This document shows, piece by piece, positions 46,293-55,842 of a DNA stretch of 64,000 nt; the first letter of the stretch is position 1; each line of letters starts with the position of its first letter. The notes under the pieces are model-generated. The model searched no databases. It was given only the letters and a program-made list of their open reading frames with translations, and had not been told where the DNA came from. The DNA is from an uncultured Roseateles sp. (GTDB taxonomy: Bacteria > Pseudomonadota > Gammaproteobacteria > Burkholderiales > Burkholderiaceae_C), in assembly GCA_966211495.1 (NCBI GenBank), contig CBIHOT010000020.1, positions 5,188-69,187 of the forward strand, given 5' to 3'. The position numbers were made by a program, and so were the translations under genes.

Positions 46293-46344
46293 TCCGAGAC
46301 TGATCCGAAACTGATCCGCGACTGATCCGCGACTGATCCGTTCA
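46290..46344. repeat. 11-bp tandem repeat (5 units), first unit containing the PEP-CTERM gene stop codon
   Basis: CTGATCCGAGA / CTGATCCGAAA / CTGATCCGCGA / CTGATCCGCGA / CTGATCCGTTC. TGA recurs every 11 nt, so it appears in all three frames. Confidence 0.92.
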
Positions 46345-46408
46345 AGGGCGCGTTGGGACTTCGCTTCGGCGATGCAGCGCGACACCAGAGGCTCCATGAG
46401 GGCCCGGC

Positions 46409-46436
46409 AAAAAGGCATCCCTCGGGATGCCTTTTT
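46409..46436. terminator. Bidirectional rho-independent terminator
   Basis: AAAAAGGCATCCC-TCG-GGGATGCCTTTTT is a perfect stem flanked by A- and T-runs. It lies between the convergent PEP-CTERM gene and the M32 peptidase gene. Confidence 0.85.
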
Positions 46437-46472
46437 GCTTGAGGTGGGGGACGGCGCCCCCAGCGGTCCGGC

Positions 46473-47972
46473 TCAGCCCAGATACCGCGATTCCAGATGC
46501 CGGCGGAAGTGCGCCGTGTTCAGCGGCTCGCCGCTGGCGCGCTGGACCAGTTCCGGCGTCTCGTAGCGGCTGCCCTGCTGCCAGATGCGGTCCTTCAGCC
46601 AGTCGAACACCGGCGTCAATTCGCCCTTGGCGATATCGGCATCCAGGCTCGGACGCTCCCGGCGCATCGTCGCAAACCACTGCGCCGCATACATCGCGCC
46701 CAGCGTATAGCAGGGGAAATAGCCGAACAGCCCCGCGCCCCAATGCACGTCCTGCATCGGACCGTCCTTGAAGTTGCCCCGCGTGTCCAGGCCCAGCAGT
46801 TCCTGCATCTTGGCGTCCCACAGCGCGGGAATGTCCTCGACTTCGATCTCGCCTTCCATTAGCGGCCGCTCGATCTCGTAGCGCAGGATCACATGCGCCG
46901 GATAGGTCACCTCGTCCGCGTCCACACGGATGTAGCCCGGGGCCACGCGGGTCATCATGCGGTGCAGATTCTGCGCGGAGAAGGCCTCCTGGTCGCCGAG
47001 ATGGCGGCGCACCAGCGGCTCGATCAGTCCGGCGAAGCCGGGGTGCGACGCCAGCTGCATCTCGAACGACAGGCTCTGGCTCTCATGCAGGCCCATCGAC
47101 CGCGCCGCCGCAATCGGCAGGCCCATCCAGTCCCGCGGCAGGTTCTGCTCATACCGGCCATGGCCGGTTTCGTGAATGGTGCCGGTCAGGCTCTGCAGGA
47201 AGCTGTCTTCGCGATAGCGCGTGGTCATGCGAACGTCCTCCGGCACACCGCCGCAGAACGGATGGGTGCTTTCGTCCAGACGACCTGCGGAGAAATCAAA
47301 GCCCAGCAGCTTCATCGCATCCAGGCCCAGCGCACGCTGCGCCTGGGTGGCGAACGGCCCTTGCGGTGCCAGCACCGTCTCGCTCTCCTGACGCGCCATC
47401 ACCTGCCGGATCAACCCCGGCAGCCATTGGCGCAGATCACCAAACACGCGATCAACGTCGGCCGAGCGCATGCCCGGCTCATATTGGTCCAGCAGGGCGT
47501 CATAGCGGGACAGGCCGCTGGATTCGCTCAGCAGGCGCGCTTCTTCCCGCACCAGTCGCACCACCGGACGCAGGTTCTCCACATACCCCGCCCAGTCATT
47601 GGCTGGACGCTGGCTGCGCCAGGCATGTTCGCAGTGGGACACTGCCAGCGACTTGGACTCGACCAGGCTTTGCGGCAGGGCATTCGCCGCCCGCCACACC
47701 CGGGTCATCTCCCGCAGCGAGGCCCGCTGGATGTCATCGAGAGGCTCCTGCTGCGCGCGCGCCAGCAGATCCTTCAGCGCCGGATCGGTGCCGAGCTGAT
47801 GCAGCAGCCCTTCCATCTCCGCCAGCGCCTCGGCACGCGACTGCGCCCCGCCCGCCGGCATGAACGCGGCCTGGTCCCAGGAGGCCATGGCATGCAGATG
47901 CTGCAGCCGGTGTTTGCGACGATGGCGCTGGCACAGGTCGTCGTAGGCCGGCGTGCTGGCGGATGAAGTCAT
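46473..47972 (-). CDS. M32 family carboxypeptidase (Taq-like)
   Basis: Track ORF extends to 48197. It has the HEXXH site IHETGHGRYEQ and the conserved HPF (STHPFCGG) and GLHESQS motifs. The start MTSSAS (CAT 47970-47972) is preceded by AGGAG. Confidence 0.9.
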   Translation of the reverse strand: MTSSASTPAYDDLCQRHRRKHRLQHLHAMASWDQAAFMPAGGAQSRAEALAEMEGLLHQLGTDPALKDLLARAQQEPLDDIQRASLREMTRVWRAANALPQSLVESKSLAVSHCEHAWRSQRPANDWAGYVENLRPVVRLVREEARLLSESSGLSRYDALLDQYEPGMRSADVDRVFGDLRQWLPGLIRQVMARQESETVLAPQGPFATQAQRALGLDAMKLLGFDFSAGRLDESTHPFCGGVPEDVRMTTRYREDSFLQSLTGTIHETGHGRYEQNLPRDWMGLPIAAARSMGLHESQSLSFEMQLASHPGFAGLIEPLVRRHLGDQEAFSAQNLHRMMTRVAPGYIRVDADEVTYPAHVILRYEIERPLMEGEIEVEDIPALWDAKMQELLGLDTRGNFKDGPMQDVHWGAGLFGYFPCYTLGAMYAAQWFATMRRERPSLDADIAKGELTPVFDWLKDRIWQQGSRYETPELVQRASGEPLNTAHFRRHLESRYLG

Positions 47973-48079
47973 GCGGGGTCTCCTGGATGCTCGCTGCTGC
48001 GGATAGGGATGTATCTGCGCATTGTGGCGGTCTCCGGGGGCTGGCTCACACTCCCCCGAAAGAGTGTGCGACGACCGCC

Positions 48080-48562
48080 TCAGGGCAGGAAGTACAGCCC
48101 GACGGTGGTCATGATCAGGTAGCGGGCGAACTTGCCGATGCCCATGTAGAGGACGCAGGGCCAGAACGGCAGTCGCAGCCAACCCGCCAGTGCGCACAAC
48201 GGATCACCCACAATCGGCAGCCAGCTCAGCAGACAGGTCTTGGCGCCGAAGCGTCGCAACCACCCCAGCACCCGCTGATCCCGCGGCGAGTGATGCGTGG
48301 CCGCCTCATATGCGCGCTCTGCGCCCCAGCCCATCCACCAGCTGATCGCCCCGCCGATGGTGTTGCCGACGGTGGCCACCGCGATCGCAGGCCAGAACAA
48401 TTCGGGCTTTTGGTGCACCAGCAGCAGCACCACCGGCTCTGAGCCCAAGGGCAGCAAGGTGGCCGAGACCAGCGCCACCACAAACACCGCCCCCAACCCG
48501 ACCTGAGGAAGCGCCAAAGCTTCCAGCATCAGGTCAATCATGTGTTGCAGCCATGCTTCCAT
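48080..48562 (-). CDS. YqaA-family (DedA-related) membrane protein
   Basis: 160 aa with four TM segments. SATLLPLGSEPVVL and GNTIGGAISWWMG are typical of YqaA. Confidence 0.8.
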   Translation of the reverse strand: MEAWLQHMIDLMLEALALPQVGLGAVFVVALVSATLLPLGSEPVVLLLVHQKPELFWPAIAVATVGNTIGGAISWWMGWGAERAYEAATHHSPRDQRVLGWLRRFGAKTCLLSWLPIVGDPLCALAGWLRLPFWPCVLYMGIGKFARYLIMTTVGLYFLP

Positions 48563-48604
48563 GCGTGGGATTATCCGGATTAGTCTGTTCTGTCTGAGGT
48601 CTTC

Positions 48605-49561
48605 ATGTCTTTGCGCACCCTCGCGACATCCTGGGCGATGTCGCTCTGTGCGTCTGCCGCCGCGGTGGTGGCGCTGATCGTGTCTCCCGCCACCGCCTTC
48701 CTCGTGGCGCTCTTCACCATCACCCTCGCATCCCAGGCCCAGCCACCCAACTCGGTCTCCGGGGCGGCCAGCAACGCTTCGGCAACGGCGGTGCCCGGCG
48801 CTGCCACTCCCCTGCCTCCCTTGCCGGCGGTGAACGGGGGCGCCTGCACGCAGCTGATTGCCTCAGGCAACCCGCAATATCCGCCTTACCTGTGGCGCGC
48901 GAGCGAAGACGACTCCCGGCTGGTGGGCGCCAATGCCGATCTGATGCAATGGCTGGCCCGCGAGATCGGCCTGCCCATCGAAACGCGGTATGTGGGCCCC
49001 TGGGGACGGGTGCAGGAAGAGGCGCGCGCCGGCCGCATCGACCTGATCGCCGGAGCCTTCTTCACCCTGCCCCGCACCGAATACATGGACTACTTCTTCC
49101 CGGCCTTCCGGGAGACCCGTTCGGTGGTGCTGACCCGTGCGAATTCGTCGCTGAACTACCGGCGCTGGAGCGACCTGGCGCCGCATCAGGGCGTGACGGT
49201 GATCAACAACAGCTTTGGTGTGGAATTTGACCAGTTTGCCCGTCAATCGCTGAAGCTGACGCAGGTGGCGACCGTCGAGCAGGCCATCCAGATGCTGCAG
49301 CGGGGTCGCGTCGATTACTTCATCTACGAAGACACCCCCGCCGAGGCCTATGCCGCGCGTGCCGGCGGCGCAGCGCTGCGGCCCTTGATGCCGGCCGTGG
49401 CCCACGAGGGGCTGTACCTGACGCTGGCCCACCGCTCCCGCTGCAACACGCCCGAACTCCGCGGTCGGCTGACCCGCGCCCTGTACAAGCTGAGCCAGGA
49501 ACGGGCGATGAACCGTTTCCTGGAGCAGGGCATCCAGCTGTGGAAGCAGCAGGCGCCCTGA
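48605..49561 (+). CDS. Periplasmic substrate-binding protein, family 3 (amino-acid ABC type) domain
   Basis: After a signal/TM region, NPQYPPYLW…DLMQWLAREIGLP…GRIDLIAGAF…DYFIYEDTPAEAY is SBP_bac_3-like. No cognate permease is adjacent. Confidence 0.7.
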   Translation: MSLRTLATSWAMSLCASAAAVVALIVSPATAFLVALFTITLASQAQPPNSVSGAASNASATAVPGAATPLPPLPAVNGGACTQLIASGNPQYPPYLWRASEDDSRLVGANADLMQWLAREIGLPIETRYVGPWGRVQEEARAGRIDLIAGAFFTLPRTEYMDYFFPAFRETRSVVLTRANSSLNYRRWSDLAPHQGVTVINNSFGVEFDQFARQSLKLTQVATVEQAIQMLQRGRVDYFIYEDTPAEAYAARAGGAALRPLMPAVAHEGLYLTLAHRSRCNTPELRGRLTRALYKLSQERAMNRFLEQGIQLWKQQAP

Positions 49562-49681
49562 TCACGAAGAGCGTCGTTGATCCGGCCACGGGGCTGACAT
49601 CCCACCAACGTCGTCCCCCATCGGGCGGGGTGAGTCGCCTGACAGCGCTATACTTCTGCCTCTTTTTTGTGCAGTTCCCCC

Positions 49682-50806
49682 ATGCCCACGCCGCTGCCCG
49701 GTCCCATGACACTGGGCCCCTATCGCCTGCCCAATCGGCTGTTCGTTGCTCCCATGGCGGGCGTGACGGACCGGCCGTTTCGTGTGCTGTGCAAAAAGCT
49801 GGGGGCGGGCTATGCGGTGAGCGAGATGGTCACCTCCCGCAAGGACCTGTGGAACAGCCTCAAGACCTCGCGCCGCGCCAATCATGAAGGGGAGTCCGCA
49901 CCGATCTCGGTGCAGATCGCCGGCACCGATGCGCAGATGATGGCCGAGGCCGCCGCCTACAACATCGACCGCGGCGCGCAGATCATCGACATCAACATGG
50001 GCTGCCCCGCCAAGAAGGTCTGCAACAAGTGGGCCGGTTCGGCCCTCATGCAGGACGAGCCGCTGGCGCTGGAGATCATTGAAGCGGTGGTGGCCGCCTG
50101 CGCGCCACGCGGCGTGCCGGTCACCCTGAAGATGCGCACCGGCTGGTGCCAGGCCGAGAAGAATGCGGTGCGGCTGGCCCGTGCGGCGCAGGAGGCCGGC
50201 GTGTCGATGGTGACGGTGCATGGCCGCACCCGTGAACAGGGCTACAGCGGTCAGGCTGAATACGACACCATCGCCGCGGTCAAGGCTGCGCTGAACATTC
50301 CGGTCGTGGCCAATGGCGACATCAGCACCCCGCAGAAGGCCCGCGAGGTGCTCGCCGCCACCGGCGCGGACGCGCTGATGATCGGCCGCGCCGCCCAGGG
50401 CCGCCCCTGGATCTTTGCCGAGATCGCGCACTTCCTCGAGACGGGTGAGCTGCTTCCGGCGCCGCGCATCGCCGATGCCAAGCGCTGGCTGATCGAGCAC
50501 CTGCACGACCACTACACCCTGTATGGCGAGCTGACCGGCATGCGCAGCGCCCGCAAGCACATCGGCTGGGCCGTGCGCGCCCTGCCCGGTGGCGAGGATT
50601 TCCGCCGCCACATGAACACCCTGGACAGCTGCGACGATCAGGTCCGCACCCTCAGCGACTGGTTCGACGCACTGGCCCAGGACCATGACCGCCTGCCCTA
50701 TCTGGCACCGGCGGCCAATGACGACCCGGACGAAGAATTCAGCAGCGGCGTCTCTCCCCACAACAACGACAACAGCGCACACGAAGAAAGAAGGCTCACC
50801 GCATGA
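49682..50806 (+). CDS. dusB: tRNA-dihydrouridine synthase B
   Basis: FVAPMAGVTDRPFR, INMGCPAKKV and VTVHGRT motifs. It is followed by fis with an ATGA overlap. The start is either ATG 49682 or ATG 49706; the track's TTG is at 49667. Confidence 0.93.
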   Translation: MPTPLPGPMTLGPYRLPNRLFVAPMAGVTDRPFRVLCKKLGAGYAVSEMVTSRKDLWNSLKTSRRANHEGESAPISVQIAGTDAQMMAEAAAYNIDRGAQIIDINMGCPAKKVCNKWAGSALMQDEPLALEIIEAVVAACAPRGVPVTLKMRTGWCQAEKNAVRLARAAQEAGVSMVTVHGRTREQGYSGQAEYDTIAAVKAALNIPVVANGDISTPQKAREVLAATGADALMIGRAAQGRPWIFAEIAHFLETGELLPAPRIADAKRWLIEHLHDHYTLYGELTGMRSARKHIGWAVRALPGGEDFRRHMNTLDSCDDQVRTLSDWFDALAQDHDRLPYLAPAANDDPDEEFSSGVSPHNNDNSAHEERRLTA

Positions 50807-51036
50807 CGCCCAAACCGATCGACGCCTGCGTCCGCGAGAACCTGGAAGCCTACTTCCGGGACCTCGGCGGCGAGGCGCCCCATTCCATGCACGAGATGCT
50901 GATCCGCCTGGTGGAGAAGCCGCTGCTGGAAGTGGTGATGCAACACAGCGAAGGCAACCAGAGCAAGGCCGCCGAATGGCTGGGCATCAATCGCAACACG
51001 CTGCGACGCAAGCTGGTTGAACACAAGCTGATCTGA
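50803..51036 (+). CDS. fis: Fis family DNA-binding protein
   Basis: 77 aa with the C-terminal HTH GNQSKAAEWLGINRNTLRRKL. This is the classic dusB-fis arrangement. Confidence 0.92.
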   Translation: MTPKPIDACVRENLEAYFRDLGGEAPHSMHEMLIRLVEKPLLEVVMQHSEGNQSKAAEWLGINRNTLRRKLVEHKLI

Positions 51037-51071
51037 CCGATTGATCTGACCGATTTCTCTCAAGGACTTCC

Positions 51072-52652
51072 ATGGCACAACTCACCGCACTGATTTCGGT
51101 GTCCGACAAGACCGGCATCGTCGACTTCGCCAAGGCGCTGCATGCGCTGGACGTGAAGCTGCTCTCCACCGGCGGCACCGCCAAGCTGCTGGCCGATGCC
51201 GGCCTGCCGGTCACCGAAGTGGCGGACCACACCGGCTTTCCGGAAATGCTGGACGGCCGCGTCAAGACGCTGCATCCGAAGATCCACGGCGGCCTGCTGG
51301 CGCGTCGTGATGTGCCCGAGCATGTGAAGGCGCTGCAGGACCACGGCATCGCCACCATCGACATCCTGGCGGTCAACCTCTATCCGTTCGAAGCCACCGT
51401 GGCCAAGCCCGGCTGCACGCTCGAAGACGCCATCGAGAACATCGATATCGGCGGTCCGGCGATGGTGCGCAGCGCGGCCAAGAACTGGAAGGATGTGACG
51501 GTGCTGACCGATGCGCAGCAATATGCGCAGGTGCTGGAAGAACTCAAGGCCCATGGCAAGACCAGCGACCGCACCCGCTTCGCCTGCTCGGTGGCGGCGT
51601 TCAATCGCATCGCGCAATACGACGCGGCCATCAGCAACTACCTGAGCGCCCGCCAGGACGACGGCTCGCTGTCCGAATACCCGGCGCAGCTCAACAGCAG
51701 CTTCATCAAGGTGCAGGACCTGCGCTACGGTGAAAACTCCCACCAGACCGCCGCCCTCTATCGCGACCTGTTCCCGGCGCCCGGCTCGCTGGTCACCGGC
51801 AAGCAGCTGCAGGGCAAGGAACTGAGCTACAACAACATCGCCGATGCCGATGCCGCCTGGGAATGCGTGAAGAGCTTCGACACGCCCGCCTGCGTCATCA
51901 TCAAGCATGCGAACCCTTGCGGCGTCGCGGTGGCCGCCACCGCGGCCGAGGCCTACAGCAAGGCCTTCAAGACCGACCCCACCAGCGCCTTCGGCGGCAT
52001 CATCGCCTTCAACCGCGAAGTGGACGGCGCAGCGGCCCAGCTGGTGGCCAAGCAGTTCGTGGAAGTGCTGATGGCCCCGTCCTTCAGCGAGGAAGCGCGC
52101 CAGATCTTCGCTGGCAAGGCCAATGTGCGTCTGCTCGAGATCGCGCTGCCGCCGGGCGGTGCACGTCCGTGGGACCAGGGCCGCAATGCGCAGGACGTCA
52201 AGCGCGTGGGCTCGGGCCTGCTGGTGCAGACGGCCGACAACCACTTCCTCTCCAAGGCCGATCTGAAGGTCGTCACCACCCTGCAGCCGAGCGCGCAGCA
52301 GCTGGACGACCTGATGTTCGCCTGGACCGTCGCCCAGTACGTCAAGAGCAATGCCATCGTCTTCTGCGGCGACGGCATGACCCTGGGCGTTGGTGCCGGT
52401 CAGATGAGCCGCATCGATTCGGCCCGCATCGCCTCGATCAAGGCGGAGAATGCCGGTCTCACGCTCAAGGGCGCGGCCGTGGCCAGCGATGCCTTCTTCC
52501 CGTTCCGCGATGGCCTGGATGTGCTGGCTGATGCAGGTGCGAGCTGCGTCATCCAGCCGGGCGGCTCGATGCGCGACGACGAAGTGATCGCCGCCGCCAA
52601 CGAGCGCGGCATCGCGATGGTCTTCACCGGCGTGCGTCACTTCCGCCATTGA
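51072..52652 (+). CDS. purH: Bifunctional AICAR transformylase / IMP cyclohydrolase
   Basis: [18 protein letters not shown]…STGGTAK…[11 protein letters not shown]…HFRH C-terminus, in a full-length 526-aa protein. Confidence 0.97.
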   Translation: MAQLTALISVSDKTGIVDFAKALHALDVKLLSTGGTAKLLADAGLPVTEVADHTGFPEMLDGRVKTLHPKIHGGLLARRDVPEHVKALQDHGIATIDILAVNLYPFEATVAKPGCTLEDAIENIDIGGPAMVRSAAKNWKDVTVLTDAQQYAQVLEELKAHGKTSDRTRFACSVAAFNRIAQYDAAISNYLSARQDDGSLSEYPAQLNSSFIKVQDLRYGENSHQTAALYRDLFPAPGSLVTGKQLQGKELSYNNIADADAAWECVKSFDTPACVIIKHANPCGVAVAATAAEAYSKAFKTDPTSAFGGIIAFNREVDGAAAQLVAKQFVEVLMAPSFSEEARQIFAGKANVRLLEIALPPGGARPWDQGRNAQDVKRVGSGLLVQTADNHFLSKADLKVVTTLQPSAQQLDDLMFAWTVAQYVKSNAIVFCGDGMTLGVGAGQMSRIDSARIASIKAENAGLTLKGAAVASDAFFPFRDGLDVLADAGASCVIQPGGSMRDDEVIAAANERGIAMVFTGVRHFRH

Positions 52653-52699
52653 AGGGCACTCGCTTGATCAAGTCATGAACTGACCCTTGCGTCATCCTC

Positions 52700-52725
52700 A
52701 GGCCCGCCGCGTGCGGGCCTTTTTC
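52700..52725 (+). terminator. Rho-independent terminator after purH
   Basis: Stem GGCCCGC/GCGGGCC (52701-52707/52713-52719) followed by TTTTT. Confidence 0.8.
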
Positions 52726-52834
52726 ATGTCTGGGCGGACCATTCTTACGTCAGTCCTTGTCATTGCCGCTCAGAGACCGGGTTGATAACTTTTGGGGCCG
52801 CACCACTGGGGTGCTTTCTACCCGCATTGAATCC

Positions 52835-53356
52835 ATGAAGAAGATCGCATTCATCGCTGCAGCCCTGCTGTCCACCGGTCTGGCGCAGGCGCAGAACAGC
52901 CCGTTCTATGTCGACGCCGGCTATTCCGCCCTGCAACTGCGCACCAGCAATCCCGACACCAAAAAGGGCCTGGGTGCCTTGCGCGGCATCGCAGGTTGGG
53001 AGGTGCACCCCAACATTGCGCTGGAACTGATGGCGGCCACCGGCGTGAGCGATGCCAAGTACGACGGCGGCGGCAAGATCAAGCTGACCCATGCGCTGGG
53101 CGTCTTCGCCAAGCCCAAGTTCGCCGTCACTGACCAGATCGAAGTCTTCGGCCGCGCCGGCTGGGTCCGCACCACCCTCAAGGGCAGCGATGGCACCAGC
53201 AGCACCACCGACCACGGCCAGGACATCGCCTGGGGCCTGGGCGCCAGCTACAAGATCATGCCGGGCTGGTCCGCCTCGCTGGACTACACCCGCTACTACA
53301 ACAAGGAGAGCGTGCGCATCGAAGGCATCGGCCTGAACGTCGGTTATCGGTTCTGA
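52835..53356 (+). CDS. Small outer-membrane beta-barrel protein (OmpW/opacity-porin-like), paralogue 1
   Basis: Track ORF starts at 52757. It has the signal peptide MKKIAFIAAALLSTGLAQA, alternating beta-strand pattern and C-terminal …GLNVGYRF ending in Phe. Confidence 0.85.
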   Translation: MKKIAFIAAALLSTGLAQAQNSPFYVDAGYSALQLRTSNPDTKKGLGALRGIAGWEVHPNIALELMAATGVSDAKYDGGGKIKLTHALGVFAKPKFAVTDQIEVFGRAGWVRTTLKGSDGTSSTTDHGQDIAWGLGASYKIMPGWSASLDYTRYYNKESVRIEGIGLNVGYRF

Positions 53357-53397
53357 CGGTTTGGAGTCGGGGGAAGCGCGCCTTTCACCGGCTCAAT

Positions 53398-53443
53398 GCA
53401 CAAGCCTGCACAGCCCGCACGGCCCGCACGGCCCGCACAGCCT
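53398..53443. repeat. 9-bp tandem repeat (about 5 units) upstream of the OMP-1 terminator
   Basis: GCACAAGCCT / GCACAGCCC / GCACGGCCC / GCACGGCCC / GCACAGCCT. The last unit forms the 5' arm of the terminator stem. Confidence 0.85.
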
Positions 53444-53462
53444 GCCCTCTGGCGGGCTTTTT
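53439..53462 (+). terminator. Rho-independent terminator after OMP paralogue 1
   Basis: AGCCTGCC-CTCT-GGCGGGCT (one U-G pair) followed by TTTTT. Confidence 0.75.
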
Positions 53463-53656
53463 CATGCCTGGCGCTTCTTCTCAATCCCTGCTGATGGGGG
53501 ATACATCTGTCACCTCCTCGCACACATCGTGTCGCCCTCACAACTGCATGTGAACTAATTGGCTTTGTCCAGAGGGCATTTATTGACCCCTTCATGTCCG
53601 AATTGATACCGTTCGCGTCCGCACCACACGGGTGCTGCTTAGGAAGTAAATTCGAT

Positions 53657-54178
53657 ATGAAGAAGATTGTTCTCGCCGCCGCTCTGCTGGCCGCTGGTGT
53701 TGCTCAAGCTCAAACCGGCAACTCCGCTTTCTACGCCGAAGGTGGCTATCAGTTCACCAAGATCGACTACTTCGGCCCGACGGCCGATGTCGGCGCCATC
53801 CGTGGCGTGCTGGGCTGGGACCTGCACCCGAACGTGGCTGCTGAACTGATGGTGAACATCGGTGCTGGCGACGACTCCATCGGCAACTTCGGCGCCAAGG
53901 CCAAGCTGAAGAGCGCCACCGGCGTGTTCTTCAAGCCCAAGTACGCACTGAACAGCCAGTTCGAAGTGTTCGGCCGTCTGGGCTGGGCCAGCACCAAGCT
54001 GAAGTTCAGCAACGCCAACGCCAGCGCTGAAGACAGCGGCAGCGACTTCGCCTGGGGCCTGGGCGCCAGCTACAAGTTCAACAAGCAGTGGTACGGTTCG
54101 GTGGACTACACCAACTTCTACGACAAGGACGGCGCCAAGCTGGACGGCGTGGCCCTGAGCGTCGGCTACCGCTTCTGA
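53657..54178 (+). CDS. Small outer-membrane beta-barrel protein, paralogue 2
   Basis: Track ORF starts at 53594. It is the same length (173 aa) and architecture as paralogue 1 (MKKIVLAAALLAAGVAQA … ALSVGYRF). Its codon choice looks like that of highly expressed genes (GCT/GGT/CGT/AAC/TTC rich). Confidence 0.88.
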   Translation: MKKIVLAAALLAAGVAQAQTGNSAFYAEGGYQFTKIDYFGPTADVGAIRGVLGWDLHPNVAAELMVNIGAGDDSIGNFGAKAKLKSATGVFFKPKYALNSQFEVFGRLGWASTKLKFSNANASAEDSGSDFAWGLGASYKFNKQWYGSVDYTNFYDKDGAKLDGVALSVGYRF

Positions 54179-54226
54179 TGAGCCGCAACGAGGGACTGGC
54201 CCCGTGCCGGTCTCTCGAGGCCTGAA

Positions 54227-54250
54227 AGCCCGCCTCTCGGCGGGCTTTTT
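54227..54250 (+). terminator. Rho-independent terminator after OMP paralogue 2
   Basis: AGCCCGCC-TCTC-GGCGGGCT followed by TTTTT. It is nearly identical to the terminator at 53439. Confidence 0.85.
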
Positions 54251-54416
54251 CATTGCAGCCCGCCTTCTTGCGAGCGTCTTCCTGCGAGGTTCTTCTTGCG
54301 GGCTTCGTCATTGCGCAGGGTATGCAAGGGGCTGGCCACAGGTTGCCCCGCTTGGCGCCAGCAGCCCCCGGCCTTACGCTTGCAGCCTCACATCACAACA
54401 GCGTCAGAGGGACACC

Positions 54417-55826
54417 ATGGACCAGAGCCTGCAGGAGCGCCTGCGCCTTGTGCTGGAGCAGCAGCGCGCCGCATTCGACGCGAACCGCATGCCCAGCCTC
54501 GCCGAGCGGCGTGACCGCCTGGAGCGCCTGGGCCGTCTCACCACCACCCATCGCGCCGAGCTGCAGGCCGCCATGGCGCAGGACTTCGGCCATCGCGCCC
54601 ACCAGGAAAGTCTGCTGGCCGACATCTTCACGGTGGAGTCCGGCGTGCGCCACGCGCTGAAGCATCTGAAGTCCTGGATGGCGACCAAGCGCGCCCCCAC
54701 CGCACTGCACTTCCTGCCCGGCCGCAACCGGCTGATGCCGCAGCCGCTGGGCGTGGTGGGCATCGTCTCGCCCTGGAACTATCCGTACTACCTGGCCATG
54801 GCACCGGCCCTCGCGGCGCTGGCAGCAGGCAACCGGGTGATGATCAAACCGTCGGAGCTGACGCCCGCCACCTCGGCGCTGATGGCGCGTCTGGTGGCGG
54901 AGCACTTTGCGTCGGAGGAGATGACCGTGCTGACCGGCGATGCAGACGTCGGCCGCGCCTTCACCGAACTGCCCTTCGACCATCTGTTCTTCACCGGCTC
55001 CACGCCAGTCGGCCGGGTGGTGGCGCAGGCGGCGGCGCGCAATCTGACGCCGGTCACGCTGGAGCTGGGCGGCAAGTCGCCGGTGGTGATCGACCGCAGT
55101 GCCGATCTGGCACAGGCCGCCGAGCGCATCGCCTTTGGCAAGTTGCTCAATGCGGGCCAGACCTGTGTGGCGCCGGACTATGCGCTGGTGCCCCGTGAAT
55201 CGGTGGCGGCCTTCACCGATGCGGTGCTGGCGGCCATCCGGCGTCTTTATCCGCAGATCGACGGCAACCCTGATTACACCGCCATCGTCAGCCCCCGCCA
55301 CCATGCCCGCCTGCTGGCGCTGGTGGAAGAAGCGCAGCAACAGGGCGCCACCGTGCGGCGCAGCCATGACGAGGCCCCGCAGGACCGCCGCCTGGTGCCC
55401 ACGGTGCTGCTGGGCACCACGGCCAGCATGACGGTGATGCGTGAAGAGATCTTCGGCCCGCTGCTGCCGATCGTGCCGTACGACCAGCCCGCCGATGCGG
55501 TGCGCCACATCAATGCCGGCGACCGTCCGTTGGCGCTGTACTGGTTCGGCCGCGACGATGCGGCGCGCGATCAGGTCCTGGCGCAGACGCATGCCGGCGG
55601 CGTGACGATCAACGACTGCCTGTGGCACCTGGGCCAGGAGGAACAGCCCTTCGGCGGCGTGGGCGCCTCCGGCATGGGGGCGTATCACGGCGTGTGGGGC
55701 TTCAACACCTTCAGCAAGCTCAAGCCGGTGTTTTATCAGTCGGCGCTGGCGGGGACCCGGCTGTTCTATCCGCCTTATGGCCCGCGCTTTGACCGGCTGA
55801 TGGCGCTGATGCGCAAGATCGCCTGA
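54417..55826 (+). CDS. NAD(P)-dependent aldehyde dehydrogenase, coniferyl-aldehyde dehydrogenase-like
   Basis: Track ORF starts at 54204. It has the ALDH motifs VSPWNYP, ELGGKSP and catalytic GQTCVAPDY, plus EEIFGP. The start is MDQSLQERL (ATG 54417). Confidence 0.9.
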   Translation: MDQSLQERLRLVLEQQRAAFDANRMPSLAERRDRLERLGRLTTTHRAELQAAMAQDFGHRAHQESLLADIFTVESGVRHALKHLKSWMATKRAPTALHFLPGRNRLMPQPLGVVGIVSPWNYPYYLAMAPALAALAAGNRVMIKPSELTPATSALMARLVAEHFASEEMTVLTGDADVGRAFTELPFDHLFFTGSTPVGRVVAQAAARNLTPVTLELGGKSPVVIDRSADLAQAAERIAFGKLLNAGQTCVAPDYALVPRESVAAFTDAVLAAIRRLYPQIDGNPDYTAIVSPRHHARLLALVEEAQQQGATVRRSHDEAPQDRRLVPTVLLGTTASMTVMREEIFGPLLPIVPYDQPADAVRHINAGDRPLALYWFGRDDAARDQVLAQTHAGGVTINDCLWHLGQEEQPFGGVGASGMGAYHGVWGFNTFSKLKPVFYQSALAGTRLFYPPYGPRFDRLMALMRKIA

Positions 55827-55842
55827 TTCGCAGTGGAGCGCG

